A stretch of DNA of 64,000 bases from an uncultured Chloroflexia bacterium (GTDB lineage: Bacteria; Chloroflexota; Limnocylindria; QHBO01), in assembly GCA_963814375.1 (NCBI GenBank), contig CAWFCQ010000004.1, positions 32,001-96,000 of the forward strand, given 5' to 3'. Positions 43,224 to 52,844 of the stretch are shown piece by piece. The position numbers and the translations under genes were made by a program. Below the pieces are notes generated by a model. It did not search any database, was not told the DNA's origin, and saw nothing but the letters and a program-made list of their open reading frames with translations. Every line of letters begins with the position of its first letter. Positions within the stretch are counted from its first letter, which is position 1.

Positions 43224-46200
43224 ATGCCACCGGTCGTGCCGTCGCCCGATCAGCTCCCGTTCTTCGAGGAGCTGGCGCCGGCACCGTCTCCCCGCCGGCC
43301 GCACCTCCGCATCCAGCCGCCGCTGCTCGCCGACCTGAGCGCTCGGCAGCGGAAGGCGGTCACCCACGGCGACGGCCCGCTGCTCATCGTCGCGGGAGCC
43401 GGGACCGGCAAGACGACGGTCATCACGCGACGAATCGCCTGGCTCATCGCCGAGAAGATGGCGAAGCCATCCGAGATCCTTGCGCTCACCTTCACCGATC
43501 GCGCGGCGCTCGAGATGACCGAGCGAGTGGATCGGCTCGTCCCGTACGGGCACAACGACGCGCAGATCAGCACCTTCCACGCATTCGGCGACCGGCTGCT
43601 GCGCGAGCACGCGCTCGAGGCGGGCCTCTCCGACCAGTCCGCCGTCCTCTCGCGTGCCGAGCAGATCATCTTCCTGCGCGAGCGACTCTGGGAGCTTCCG
43701 CTCGATCGATACCGTCCCCTCGGCGACCCGACGCGGTTCCTGTCGGCGCTCGTGACGCTCATCAGCCGCCTGCGCGACGAGGACATCTCGCCGGATGCCT
43801 ACACCGCCGTGGCGGATCGCCTGGTCGTTGAGGCCACCGCCACGCCGCCGGATGAGGCCATTGCCGAGCGAGCCGCCACACATCGTGAGCTGGCGGACAC
43901 GTACGCCGCCTACGAGCGGCTCATGCGCGCCAGCGACCGGATCGACTTCGGCGACCAGGTCAGCCTGGCGCTGCGGCTGCTGCGCGAGCATCCTGCCGTG
44001 CTTGCCGAGGAGCGCAGCCGGTATCGGTACATCCTGGTCGACGAGTTCCAGGACACGAACCACGCCCAGTGGGAGCTCGTCCAGCTGCTCGCCGCCGAGC
44101 ACGGCAACGTCACGGTCGTGGGCGACGACGACCAGAGCATCTACCGCTTCCGGGGCGCGGCCCTGGGGAACATCCTCGGCTTCCGGGCCGCGTACCCGAA
44201 GGCGGCCAGCGTCGTCCTCGTCGACAACTACCGCAGCCGTCAGCCGATCCTGGATGCGGCGCATCGGCTCATCCGCCACAACGACCCGGAGCGGCTCGAG
44301 GCGCGAGAGGGGATCGACAAGCGCCTTCGGGCGCGCACGAAGTTCGTCCGTCCCGAGCCCGCCACCGGGCCGATCGAGCTGACCGGCTTCACCACCGGCT
44401 CGGACGAGGCCGATGCGATCGCCGACCGCATCGGCGCCTCGATCCGCGCAGGCCGGCCGGCCGGCGATCACGCCGTCCTCGTGCGCGGGAATCGCGACGC
44501 CGATCCGTATCTGCGCGCCCTGAACATGGCGCGCATCCCGTGGCGATTCAGCGGCACCGCCGGGCTCTACCGGCAGCCCGAAGTGCGGGTCCTCATCAGC
44601 TTCCTGCGCGCGGTGAACGACCCGGACGACTCGGTGAGCCTCTACGACCTGGCGACCAGCGAGATCTTCGGCCTGGCGCCGGCCGACGTCACGCTGGCGC
44701 TGAACCGCGCGCGCCGGCGACGCAGCAGCCTCGCCGCGGCCCTGCGCGACGCGGCCGACCATCCGGAGGACTCGCCGTTCGGTCTGCGCGCGATCGAGGT
44801 CGTCCAGCGCCTGCTCGCCAGCCTGGATGCGCATCGGGCCATGAGCACTGAGCGCACGTGCGGTGAGCTCCTCTACCACTTCATCACCACCTCCGGCTGG
44901 CTCGGTCGGCTCGCCCACGAGGCCCGCGAAACCGGGGAGGAGCGGCTCGCCAACGTCGGACGCTTCTTCGAGATCGTCCGCCGCCAGGGTGGGCTGCTGC
45001 GCGACGATCGGCTTCCGTTCCTCGTCGCGCAGCTCGACACGCTCATCGAGACCGGCGACGACCCGTCAACCGCCGACGTCGAGCCCGACGGCGGGGATGC
45101 CGTCCACGTCCTCACCTATCACAAGGCCAAGGGGCTGGAGTTCGCGGTCGTCTTCATGGTCGGCCTTCTCGCCGATCGCTTCCCCGGATGGGACCGGCGC
45201 GACCCGCTCGAAATGCCCGACGAGCTCGTTCGCGACGCGCCGCCCGCCGATGGCGACCACCACACCGCCGAGGAGCGGCGCCTCTTCTACGTCGGCATGA
45301 CCCGGGCCCGGGAGGAGCTCGTCATGAGCTGGGCGCAGGACTACGGCGGGCGTCGTACCCGGGCCATCAGCCAGTTCGTCGCCGAGGCGCTCGACCTGCC
45401 GCCGGCCACCCCGGCCGAGGTAGTGCAGAAAGGGCTGCTCGAGCAGCTCGGCCGCCACGAGGGCTCGCCGACGGCGACCGCGGCACCCGCGGCGCGGCCC
45501 AAGCTCGGCGATCGGCCGCTCTCGCTCAGCTACGGACAGGTTCACGACTACCTGGAGTGCCCCGCCAAGTACCGATACGGGCACGTCGTTCGCATCCCGA
45601 CCCCCGCCTCGCACCAGATGGTCTACGGCCGCGCGCTGCACGCCGCGGCGCAGGCCTACCATCGGCGCCAGATGGCCGGCCGCCCGATGACCGTCGAGGA
45701 GGTGCACGCCGCGCTCGACGCCGCCTGGGAGTCGGTCGGCTTCCTCACGCGCGAGCACGAGGAGGCGCGCCGCACCGCCGCGCACGAGGCGGTGACCCGC
45801 TTCTGGGAGGATCAGCAGCGGGACCCGGCTCACCCGGTCGCGGTGGAGCAGGACTTCACTGTCGCCTTCGGGCCTGACCGGATGCGCGGCCGATACGACC
45901 GCGTCGACCGCGAGGAGGACGGCCGGACCGTCATCACCGACTACAAGTCGAGCGACGTGCGAGACCTGGCCACCGCCAACCGTCGCGCGCGCGAGTCGCT
46001 CCAGCTCTCGATCTACGCCCTGGCGCACGAGGCAGAGACCGGCGCGCTGCCCGACGAGCTGGCGCTGCACTTCCTCGAGTCCGGCATCGTCGGAAGGGTC
46101 GAGCCCAGTGAGAAGCGCCTGGCGCGCGCGCAGGAGAAGCTGTCCGCGGCGGCCGACGGGATCCGCGCCGGGCATTTCGATGCCAGGCCGTCGCCGATGC

Positions 46201-46250
46201 GCTGCGGCTACTGTCCCTTCCGGGAGATCTGCCCCGACGCCGCACGATGA
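43224..46250 (+). CDS. UvrD/PcrA-type SF1 helicase fused to C-terminal PD-(D/E)xK nuclease with Fe-S cysteines
   Basis: AGAGTGKT, LTFT, VDEFQDTN, GDDDQSIYRFRGA, NYRS, HKAKGLEF, EERRLFYVGMTRA. Nuclease part: YLECP...GRYDRVD..ITDYKS..QLSIYA...CGYCPFREIC. TACCAT lies 7 nt before the ATG. Confidence 0.92.
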   Translation: MPPVVPSPDQLPFFEELAPAPSPRRPHLRIQPPLLADLSARQRKAVTHGDGPLLIVAGAGTGKTTVITRRIAWLIAEKMAKPSEILALTFTDRAALEMTERVDRLVPYGHNDAQISTFHAFGDRLLREHALEAGLSDQSAVLSRAEQIIFLRERLWELPLDRYRPLGDPTRFLSALVTLISRLRDEDISPDAYTAVADRLVVEATATPPDEAIAERAATHRELADTYAAYERLMRASDRIDFGDQVSLALRLLREHPAVLAEERSRYRYILVDEFQDTNHAQWELVQLLAAEHGNVTVVGDDDQSIYRFRGAALGNILGFRAAYPKAASVVLVDNYRSRQPILDAAHRLIRHNDPERLEAREGIDKRLRARTKFVRPEPATGPIELTGFTTGSDEADAIADRIGASIRAGRPAGDHAVLVRGNRDADPYLRALNMARIPWRFSGTAGLYRQPEVRVLISFLRAVNDPDDSVSLYDLATSEIFGLAPADVTLALNRARRRRSSLAAALRDAADHPEDSPFGLRAIEVVQRLLASLDAHRAMSTERTCGELLYHFITTSGWLGRLAHEARETGEERLANVGRFFEIVRRQGGLLRDDRLPFLVAQLDTLIETGDDPSTADVEPDGGDAVHVLTYHKAKGLEFAVVFMVGLLADRFPGWDRRDPLEMPDELVRDAPPADGDHHTAEERRLFYVGMTRAREELVMSWAQDYGGRRTRAISQFVAEALDLPPATPAEVVQKGLLEQLGRHEGSPTATAAPAARPKLGDRPLSLSYGQVHDYLECPAKYRYGHVVRIPTPASHQMVYGRALHAAAQAYHRRQMAGRPMTVEEVHAALDAAWESVGFLTREHEEARRTAAHEAVTRFWEDQQRDPAHPVAVEQDFTVAFGPDRMRGRYDRVDREEDGRTVITDYKSSDVRDLATANRRARESLQLSIYALAHEAETGALPDELALHFLESGIVGRVEPSEKRLARAQEKLSAAADGIRAGHFDARPSPMRCGYCPFREICPDAAR

Positions 46251-46651
46251 CCTCGCGCAACCGGGCGATCGTCGCCGCGCTCATCCTGGGGGGCGTGGCG
46301 GTCGGCCTTCTCCTGGTCGTCTTTGCCGGCAACGCGTGCCCGACCGAGCTCCCCGGCCAGGACTGCCCGGACGCGACGCGAAACGTCGTGATCGGAATCG
46401 TGCTGGCTTCGGCGACGATCGCGCTCCTCGTCGTGCCGTTCGCGTTCCTGGCCGAGTTCCTCGCGCGCCGCCGCATCGTCTATCGTGGCGCGTGGGAGCG
46501 CGCCACCCGTCGCGGTGCCCTGGCCGGTGGCGTGGTGGCCGTCCTGGCGGGGCTCCGGCTCGCCGGCGTCCTCAGCGTGCCGGTCGGGATCTTCGTCATC
46601 ATCCTGGCGGGCGTGGCCGAGTGGTTCGCCCGCCGCGCGGACATCACCTAG
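46247..46651 (+). CDS. Hypothetical four-TM membrane protein
   Basis: Four hydrophobic segments, a Cys pair in the first loop, RRG motif. ATGA overlap with the upstream gene. Confidence 0.7.
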   Translation: MTSRNRAIVAALILGGVAVGLLLVVFAGNACPTELPGQDCPDATRNVVIGIVLASATIALLVVPFAFLAEFLARRRIVYRGAWERATRRGALAGGVVAVLAGLRLAGVLSVPVGIFVIILAGVAEWFARRADIT

Positions 46652-46659
46652 GAGGGCAC

Positions 46660-47859
46660 ATGACCCACACCGCGACCAGTCTTGACGATGCGGTGGCCGG
46701 GATCCTGCCCGAGGCGCTCGATCTCTCCCATCGGGTCCATGCCGCACCCGAGATCGCGTTCGAGGAGCGCCAGGCCGCCGCGTGGAGCGCGGAGCTGCTG
46801 GAGCGGCACGGCTTCGAGGTCACGGCGCCGGTCGGCGGCCTCGAGACCGCGTTCGTTGCGCGCTGGCCCGGCGACCGTCCGGGCCCCGTCATCGCGTTCG
46901 CCGGCGAGTACGACGCCCTTCCCGAGGTCGGGCACGGCTGCGGCCACAACCTGATGTGCTCGTCGAGCGCCGGCGCGGCGATTGCCGCAGCCCGAAGGCT
47001 GGGGCGCGACTTCGCCGGCGAGATCCGCTTCATCGGCACACCCGCCGAGGAGGCCGGAAACGGCAAGGTCCACTTGATCACCGCGGGCGTCTTCTCCGAC
47101 GTCGACATCTGCCTTCAGATCCATCCGTCGGACTCGAACAGCGCCGAGGTCATCGCCCTGGCCGTGACCGAGGTGGGGGTCACGTTCCACGGCAAGCTCG
47201 CGCACGCCAGCGGCGATCCGTGGTTGGGAAAGAACGCCCTCGACGCCATCGTCCTGCTGCACACGATGATCGCCCAGTGGCGGCAGCACCTGAAGACCGG
47301 CGAGCGGGTGCACGGCATCATCACCCACGGCGGCGCGGCGCCGAACATCGTTCCCGACCTGACGAGCGGTCGCTGGTACCTTCGGACGCCCGTCGACGAG
47401 GAACTCGACGCCATGATCGATCGTTTCCGGGTCATGGCCGAGGCGGCCGCATCGGCCACCGGCTGCACGGTGGAGCTGACGGTGGACCCGATGAACCGAT
47501 GCCGCACGATGCTGAACAACGCCACCCTGCTGGAGATCTGGCGGCGTCACCTCGCCGATGCGGGCGTCGCCGACGACCCGATCGACCCGAACGCCGGCAG
47601 CACCGACATGGCAAACGTCAGCCACGAGGTGCCCACGATCCACCCGTACATGCAGATCGTCCCGCGCGGGACCCCCGGGCACTCGCGCGAGTTCGCGGCA
47701 CATGCCGGCGGGGAGGATGGCGACCGCATGCTGCCGCTGGCGATAAAGGTGCTCGCCGCGACAGCGGTGGAGATGGCCTCGGATTCCGCCCTCGTCGAGC
47801 GGGCCTGGGCCGACCTGCGCACCGCAGGCGGCGGGCGCGAGCGGGGGCCGGCGGGCTGA
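46660..47859 (+). CDS. M20-family amidohydrolase (PM20D2/AbgB-like)
   Basis: PEIAFEE, EYDALP..GHGCGHN, GTPAEE, GSTDMANVS, IHPY. AGGAGG RBS. Confidence 0.9.
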   Translation: MTHTATSLDDAVAGILPEALDLSHRVHAAPEIAFEERQAAAWSAELLERHGFEVTAPVGGLETAFVARWPGDRPGPVIAFAGEYDALPEVGHGCGHNLMCSSSAGAAIAAARRLGRDFAGEIRFIGTPAEEAGNGKVHLITAGVFSDVDICLQIHPSDSNSAEVIALAVTEVGVTFHGKLAHASGDPWLGKNALDAIVLLHTMIAQWRQHLKTGERVHGIITHGGAAPNIVPDLTSGRWYLRTPVDEELDAMIDRFRVMAEAAASATGCTVELTVDPMNRCRTMLNNATLLEIWRRHLADAGVADDPIDPNAGSTDMANVSHEVPTIHPYMQIVPRGTPGHSREFAAHAGGEDGDRMLPLAIKVLAATAVEMASDSALVERAWADLRTAGGGRERGPAG

Positions 47860-48674
47860 GCGACATCCTGGCCGGGCACTCCGCCGACGAGGAGCGGCTT
47901 GCCGAGCTGTACGACCTCGAGCACGACGAGGTCACCGAGGACCTGGCCTTCTATCGCGAGTGGGCCCACCGGACGAAGGGACCGGTCGTCGATCTTGGGT
48001 GCGGCTCGGGGCGTCTGTTCGCGAGCCTGCTGCGTGGCGGCGCGACGCGCGTGGTCGGCATCGACGGGTCCCGCGCCCTCCTTGCGCGCGCACGGCGCCG
48101 GATCGAGGGCGATCCCGACCTGCGCGCGGCGTTCGCGGCGGACCGCATCGAGCTCGCCATCGGGGACGTTCGCAATGTCCGCCGCCCCGACCGATGGGCG
48201 CTCGCCCTGCTCGCCGGCGTGCTGGCCCACCTGGACGGCCCGGAGGAGGCGATGCGTGCGCTGGACAGCACGCGCCGGCTGCTCGAGCCCGACGGCATCC
48301 TGATCGTCGACACCCTCGGCCCGGGTGCGCTGCCGCCGCATGACCTGCCACTGTCGGTCGATTGGGAGCGCGAGATGGAGGGCCGACGCGTCGTCCGGCG
48401 CAGCCGGCTGGCCCGCCACGAGACGCCCGAGGGCCTGCGCGTCGACTACGCCACGCTCACGGATATGACCGAGGCCGATGGTACGATAGCCCGGCTTCCG
48501 GCCAGCTTCCGGCTCTGGTATCCATCGTCCGAGGCGCTGATCGGTCTCTCGGAGGAGGCGGAGCTGGCGGTCGAGGCAACCTTTGGGTCGCATGATCTCG
48601 ACCCGCTCGACGACGGGAGCGAGCGCTGCATCATCGTGCTGCGACGTGCAGCGACCGGCTCACGGATGGGGTGA
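47856..48674 (+). CDS. Class I SAM-dependent methyltransferase
   Basis: AELYD, DLAFY, VVDLGCGSGR, GID.S, GDVR, LLEPDG.L.VD. The start is probably a CTG overlapping the upstream TGA. Confidence 0.85.
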   Translation: MSDILAGHSADEERLAELYDLEHDEVTEDLAFYREWAHRTKGPVVDLGCGSGRLFASLLRGGATRVVGIDGSRALLARARRRIEGDPDLRAAFAADRIELAIGDVRNVRRPDRWALALLAGVLAHLDGPEEAMRALDSTRRLLEPDGILIVDTLGPGALPPHDLPLSVDWEREMEGRRVVRRSRLARHETPEGLRVDYATLTDMTEADGTIARLPASFRLWYPSSEALIGLSEEAELAVEATFGSHDLDPLDDGSERCIIVLRRAATGSRMG

Positions 48675-48677
48675 GGG

Positions 48678-49829
48678 ATGGCAGGCGAACAGATCCGGCT
48701 CCTGGTCGTGGAGGACGTGCCGCAAGTCGCGTCCCATATCCGCTCGCTCCTCCAGGCCCAGTCGCAGATCAAGATGCTCGACGTGGTCACCGCCGGTGAC
48801 CGTGCGGCTTCGAGCGTCTCCGAGATGCGACCCGACGTCGTGATCGTCGACGCCCTGCTCCAGGGTCGCGTGAGCGGCCAGCAGGTCGCCCAGCAGATCC
48901 GGGAGGCGGAGCCGCACGTCGGCGTGATCATGCTCACGGTGCCGCAGAACCCGGTCACCGAGAACGCGGAGCGCGGGATCGACGCGGTGCTCAAGATGCC
49001 CTTCACCGGATTCGACCTGACGACCATGGTGCGGAAGGTCGGCGAGACGCGGGCGGTCGAGTCGGCGCGCTCCGGATCGCTGGTCGTGACGCTCTTCAGC
49101 CCGAAGGGCGGCGTCGGCCGAACGACGCTCGCCTACAACCTGGCGGTCGCGCTCGGGCAGCAGAACCGGGTGTGCCTCATCGACGGCTCTCTCCAGTTCA
49201 GCGACCTGCGCGGGCTGCTGCGCGTGCCTGCCGTCGCGCCCAGCATCGTGAACCTGCCCACCGACCGGATCCGGGAGCAGGACCTCGGCGAGGTCATGTG
49301 GCGAGATCCGTCGGGGATCGACATCCTCCTCGCGCCGCCTCGCGTCGAGATGGCGGAGATGGTCACCACGCGCGACGTCGAGAAGGTGCTCTCTCTGCTT
49401 CGGCAGCTGTACGAGTTCGTGATCATCGACACGCGAGCGGCGCTCAGCGAGGACGTGCTCGTCTTCCTCGACTCGGCGGACCTCATCGTCCAGATCCTCA
49501 CCTACGACAGCATGGCCATCCGCAGCCTGGCGATGGCCGCCGAGACCTTTGCCGCCATCGGCTACCCGCCGTCGAAGCTCACGACCGTCCTCAACCGGTC
49601 CGACGCCTCCGGCGGCTTCGACAAGAGCGACGTCGAGCAGGCGCTGGGCAGCCCCATCGACTTCGAGGTCGTCTCGGACGGCCACCTCGTCCTGGCCTCG
49701 AACAACGAGGGCATCGCCTTCGTCACCTCCAGTCCCGACGCCCCGATCGCGAAGGGGGTCCAGCGCATCGCCGATTCGCTCGCCGCGCACCTGCGCGAGC
49801 GCGCGCCGGCCGCCCTCGCCCGGCCCTGA
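48678..49829 (+). CDS. Receiver-domain MinD/ParA ATPase (CpaE/TadZ-like), second paralog
   Basis: LLVVED, PDVVIVD, LKMPF receiver motifs, then SPKGGVGRTT, IDGSLQFSD, VIIDT, VLNR. Confidence 0.88.
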   Translation: MAGEQIRLLVVEDVPQVASHIRSLLQAQSQIKMLDVVTAGDRAASSVSEMRPDVVIVDALLQGRVSGQQVAQQIREAEPHVGVIMLTVPQNPVTENAERGIDAVLKMPFTGFDLTTMVRKVGETRAVESARSGSLVVTLFSPKGGVGRTTLAYNLAVALGQQNRVCLIDGSLQFSDLRGLLRVPAVAPSIVNLPTDRIREQDLGEVMWRDPSGIDILLAPPRVEMAEMVTTRDVEKVLSLLRQLYEFVIIDTRAALSEDVLVFLDSADLIVQILTYDSMAIRSLAMAAETFAAIGYPPSKLTTVLNRSDASGGFDKSDVEQALGSPIDFEVVSDGHLVLASNNEGIAFVTSSPDAPIAKGVQRIADSLAAHLRERAPAALARP

Positions 49830-49837
49830 GCGGCGGG

Positions 49838-50677
49838 ATGCCCGAGCGCGTCGACGACCGACCGATCGGCGTCTTCGACTCCGGCGTCGGCGGCCTCACC
49901 GTCCTCGCCGAGCTCCAGCGCCGCCTTCCGGCCGAGTCAACCGTCTACCTCGGCGACAATGCCCGGACACCGTACGGGCCGCGGCCGGGCGACGAGGTGC
50001 GGCGGTTCACGCTCGAGGCGGCGGATTGGCTCGTCGCCCGCGACGTGAAGCTGCTGGTCCTGGCCTGCAACACCGCCACCGCGCGGGCCCTCGATGACGT
50101 TCGTGCCCGCGTCGATGTGCCCGTCATCGGTGTCGTGCGACCCGGCGCCGTGGCTGCCACCGCGGCCACCCGCAGCCGGCACGTCGGTGTCATCGCGACC
50201 GCCGGCACGGTCGAGTCGAACGCGTACCACGACGCGATCGTCGAGGCCGCGCCCGCGACCCGCGTCGCCCAGCTGGCCTGCCCGGAGCTCGTCCCGATGG
50301 TCGAGGCCGGAATCCTCGACGGTCGCCGCGCCGAGTCGGTGCTGCGCGCCTACCTCGAGCCGATGCTGGCCGGCGACCCCGACCTCGACACGCTGCTGCT
50401 GGGCTGCACGCACTACCCGCTGCTGCGAACCCCGATCGAGCGCATCGTCGGCGACGCGGTCGCCGTCGTCGACTCGGCCTTTACGACGGCCCTCGCCGTC
50501 GAGGATCTGCTCGACGCCCTCGCCATCAGGGCCTCCCCTGACTCAGCAAGCCACGAGGTCGCGACGACCGGAGCGGTGGCAGCATTCGTCACCGTCGCGG
50601 AGCGCCTCTTCGCCGATCGCATGCCCGCGGTCGAGGCGGTCGAGATCGAGCCGATCGGCGCGCTTCACCTAGACTGA
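49838..50677 (+). CDS. murI: Glutamate racemase
   Basis: IGVFDSGVGGLTV, PYG, LACNTAT, LGCTHYP. Confidence 0.96.
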   Translation: MPERVDDRPIGVFDSGVGGLTVLAELQRRLPAESTVYLGDNARTPYGPRPGDEVRRFTLEAADWLVARDVKLLVLACNTATARALDDVRARVDVPVIGVVRPGAVAATAATRSRHVGVIATAGTVESNAYHDAIVEAAPATRVAQLACPELVPMVEAGILDGRRAESVLRAYLEPMLAGDPDLDTLLLGCTHYPLLRTPIERIVGDAVAVVDSAFTTALAVEDLLDALAIRASPDSASHEVATTGAVAAFVTVAERLFADRMPAVEAVEIEPIGALHLD

Positions 50678-50682
50678 GGCGC

Positions 50683-51837
50683 ATGGCACGCCACTCCACC
50701 CAGCTCGGCGCCGGCATCGTGGTCGGCGGGCTGCTCGCGCTCGGTGCGAGCGTGGCCTCGCGCGAGATCCTGCGACGCGCCGGCACCAGCCTGATCGACT
50801 GGGGGGCGGTTCGCGACATCGCGCATCGCCGGCTCGGGTCGGCTGCGGCACCCATGTCCGAGCGGCAGCGGGCGGAGGCCGAGGCGTTCTACCGCGCGAC
50901 CCTGCTGCGCATCGAGCCGATCGTGGCCGAGGAGATCGGCTCGCCGCTGCCGGCCGCGCTCGAGACGCCGGCGGTGGTGGATCGGCTCCAGTGGGTCGAC
51001 CTCAACCTGGCGACCTTCCGGGTCCTCTTCGAGCGGGTCGAGCATACGTTGCTCGAGGCGCAGGCAGGCCCGGACACGGCCGGGCGCGCCATGTCGCGCT
51101 GGGTGAATCGGGCCGTCGGCAACCAGCAGCTCGGATTCATGCTCGCCTTCCTCGGGCGCAAGGTGCTCGGCCAGTACGACGTGAGCCTGCTGGCGGCCGG
51201 CCCCACGCGCGGCAGGCTGCACTTCGTCGAGCCGAACATCGTGGGGACCGCCGCGACCATGCGTCTCCCGCGCGACGAGTTCCGGACCTTCATTGCACTG
51301 CACGAGGCGACGCACGCCTTCGAGTTCGAGGCGCACCCCTGGCTGCGCCCGTACTTCGCCGACCTCGTCAGCCGCACGGTCGAGTCGTTGGCGGCCGAGT
51401 CAGGCGGCATGATGGGTCGCGTGCGCGAGGCGCTCGCCGGTGGCGAGGGCCACTGGCTCGAGCGGATCATGACGCCAGGGCAGCGCGAGACGTTCAACCA
51501 GACCCAGGCGCTCATGTCGCTGCTCGAGGGCTACTCCAACCACGTCATGAACGCGGCCGGCTCGCGCATCCTTCCGAACTTCACTGACATCCACGACCGG
51601 TTCGAGCGGCGCGGCGAGCGCCGCGGCGCCCTCGAGCGCGCGATCATGCGGCTGACCGGTCTCGACCTGAAGATGGAGCAGTACGCGGCCGGCGAGCGCT
51701 TCGCCGATGCGGTCATCGCGCAGCGCGATCGGGCCTTCCTCAATCGCGTCTGGACGGGGCCCGAGATGCTTCCGACGCTCGACGAGATCCGGGCGCCGGA
51801 GCAGTGGATGGCCCGGATCGAAGGGGCGGCGAGCTGA
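50683..51837 (+). CDS. Zinc-dependent metalloprotease (zincin_2/DUF2342-like)
   Basis: VLGQYD, IALHEATHAFEF (HExxH), MSLLEGY, K..QY..GERF, LPTLDEI..P..W. TAGACT lies 7 nt before the ATG. Confidence 0.88.
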   Translation: MARHSTQLGAGIVVGGLLALGASVASREILRRAGTSLIDWGAVRDIAHRRLGSAAAPMSERQRAEAEAFYRATLLRIEPIVAEEIGSPLPAALETPAVVDRLQWVDLNLATFRVLFERVEHTLLEAQAGPDTAGRAMSRWVNRAVGNQQLGFMLAFLGRKVLGQYDVSLLAAGPTRGRLHFVEPNIVGTAATMRLPRDEFRTFIALHEATHAFEFEAHPWLRPYFADLVSRTVESLAAESGGMMGRVREALAGGEGHWLERIMTPGQRETFNQTQALMSLLEGYSNHVMNAAGSRILPNFTDIHDRFERRGERRGALERAIMRLTGLDLKMEQYAAGERFADAVIAQRDRAFLNRVWTGPEMLPTLDEIRAPEQWMARIEGAAS

Positions 51838-52841
51838 CCGGGCCGTCCGGGCCGACCACGACGATCCTCGCCACGCCGATCCTCGGCGCTCCGCTCAGTC
51901 GCGAGCTGATGGCACGCATCGAGGAGGTCGACGGTGTCCGCTGCGCCCGGATCGCCGCGGATGGCCGCATCCACGGGGATGCCGACGAGTCGGCCTTTGA
52001 GGCGGCCGAGATCCTCCTCGTCGGAGCGGTGCCTGCCTCGGTCCTGGATCACGTCGTCGCGCGCACCCCGCGGCTGCGCTGGATCCACTCCGCCTCGGCC
52101 GGGGTCGACCGCGTCTCGACGCCTGCGGTGAGGGAGCGCGGCCTCGTCGTCACGAACGCGCGGGGCGTCTTCAGCCGTCCGATCGCCGAGTACGTTGTGA
52201 TGATGTCGCTGGCCATCTCGCGCCGCCTGCCGCAGCTGCTCGAGCTCCAGCGCGAGCGGACCTGGCAGCCGCTGCGCGGCCGGGAGCTGGCCGAGCTGAC
52301 AATCGGCATCGTCGGCTACGGCAGCATCGGCGAGGAGGTGGCCCGCCTTCTCGTGCCCTTCGGCTGCCGCATCCTCGCCACGCGGAGGCACCCCGAGCGC
52401 GGGGCGGGGGAGGCCGGCAGCGTCGAGCTGTTCGGCCTCGACCAGCTCGGCGAGGTGCTGCGAGCGAGTGACATCGTGGTGGTCGCCGCGCCGCTCACCG
52501 ACGAGACCGCCGGTCTCATCGGCGCCGAGCAGCTGGCGGAGATGCGCGAGGACGCCTGGCTCGTCAACATCGCCCGTGGTCGCCTCATCGACGAGCTCGC
52601 GCTGCGGCGCGCGCTGGAGTCCGGCTGGATCGGCGGCGCCGTGCTCGATGTCTTCAGCGAGGAGCCGCTGAGTCCCGAGTCGCCGCTGTACCGGACACCA
52701 AACGTCGTCATCACGCCGCATACGTCGTGGGCCTCGGACCGCGTCATCGAGCGATCGGTCGACCTGTTCATCGACAACCTGCGTCGCGACCGAGCCGGCG
52801 AGGAGCTCCGCAACGTGGTCGATCTCGAGGCCGGCTACTGA
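51834..52841 (+). CDS. D-2-hydroxyacid dehydrogenase
   Basis: SAGVD, TNARG, IAEY, GIVGYGSIG, VNIARG, LDVFSEEPL, ITPH. Start is either CTG 51834 or ATG 51804. Confidence 0.92.
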   Translation: MTGPSGPTTTILATPILGAPLSRELMARIEEVDGVRCARIAADGRIHGDADESAFEAAEILLVGAVPASVLDHVVARTPRLRWIHSASAGVDRVSTPAVRERGLVVTNARGVFSRPIAEYVVMMSLAISRRLPQLLELQRERTWQPLRGRELAELTIGIVGYGSIGEEVARLLVPFGCRILATRRHPERGAGEAGSVELFGLDQLGEVLRASDIVVVAAPLTDETAGLIGAEQLAEMREDAWLVNIARGRLIDELALRRALESGWIGGAVLDVFSEEPLSPESPLYRTPNVVITPHTSWASDRVIERSVDLFIDNLRRDRAGEELRNVVDLEAGY

Positions 52842-52844
52842 CCG

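Noticed and set aside
45520-46250. Cas4-like nuclease as evidence of CRISPR or anti-phage defence
   Set aside because: It is fused to a UvrD helicase in a housekeeping-type operon, matching AddB/AdnB-type repair nucleases.
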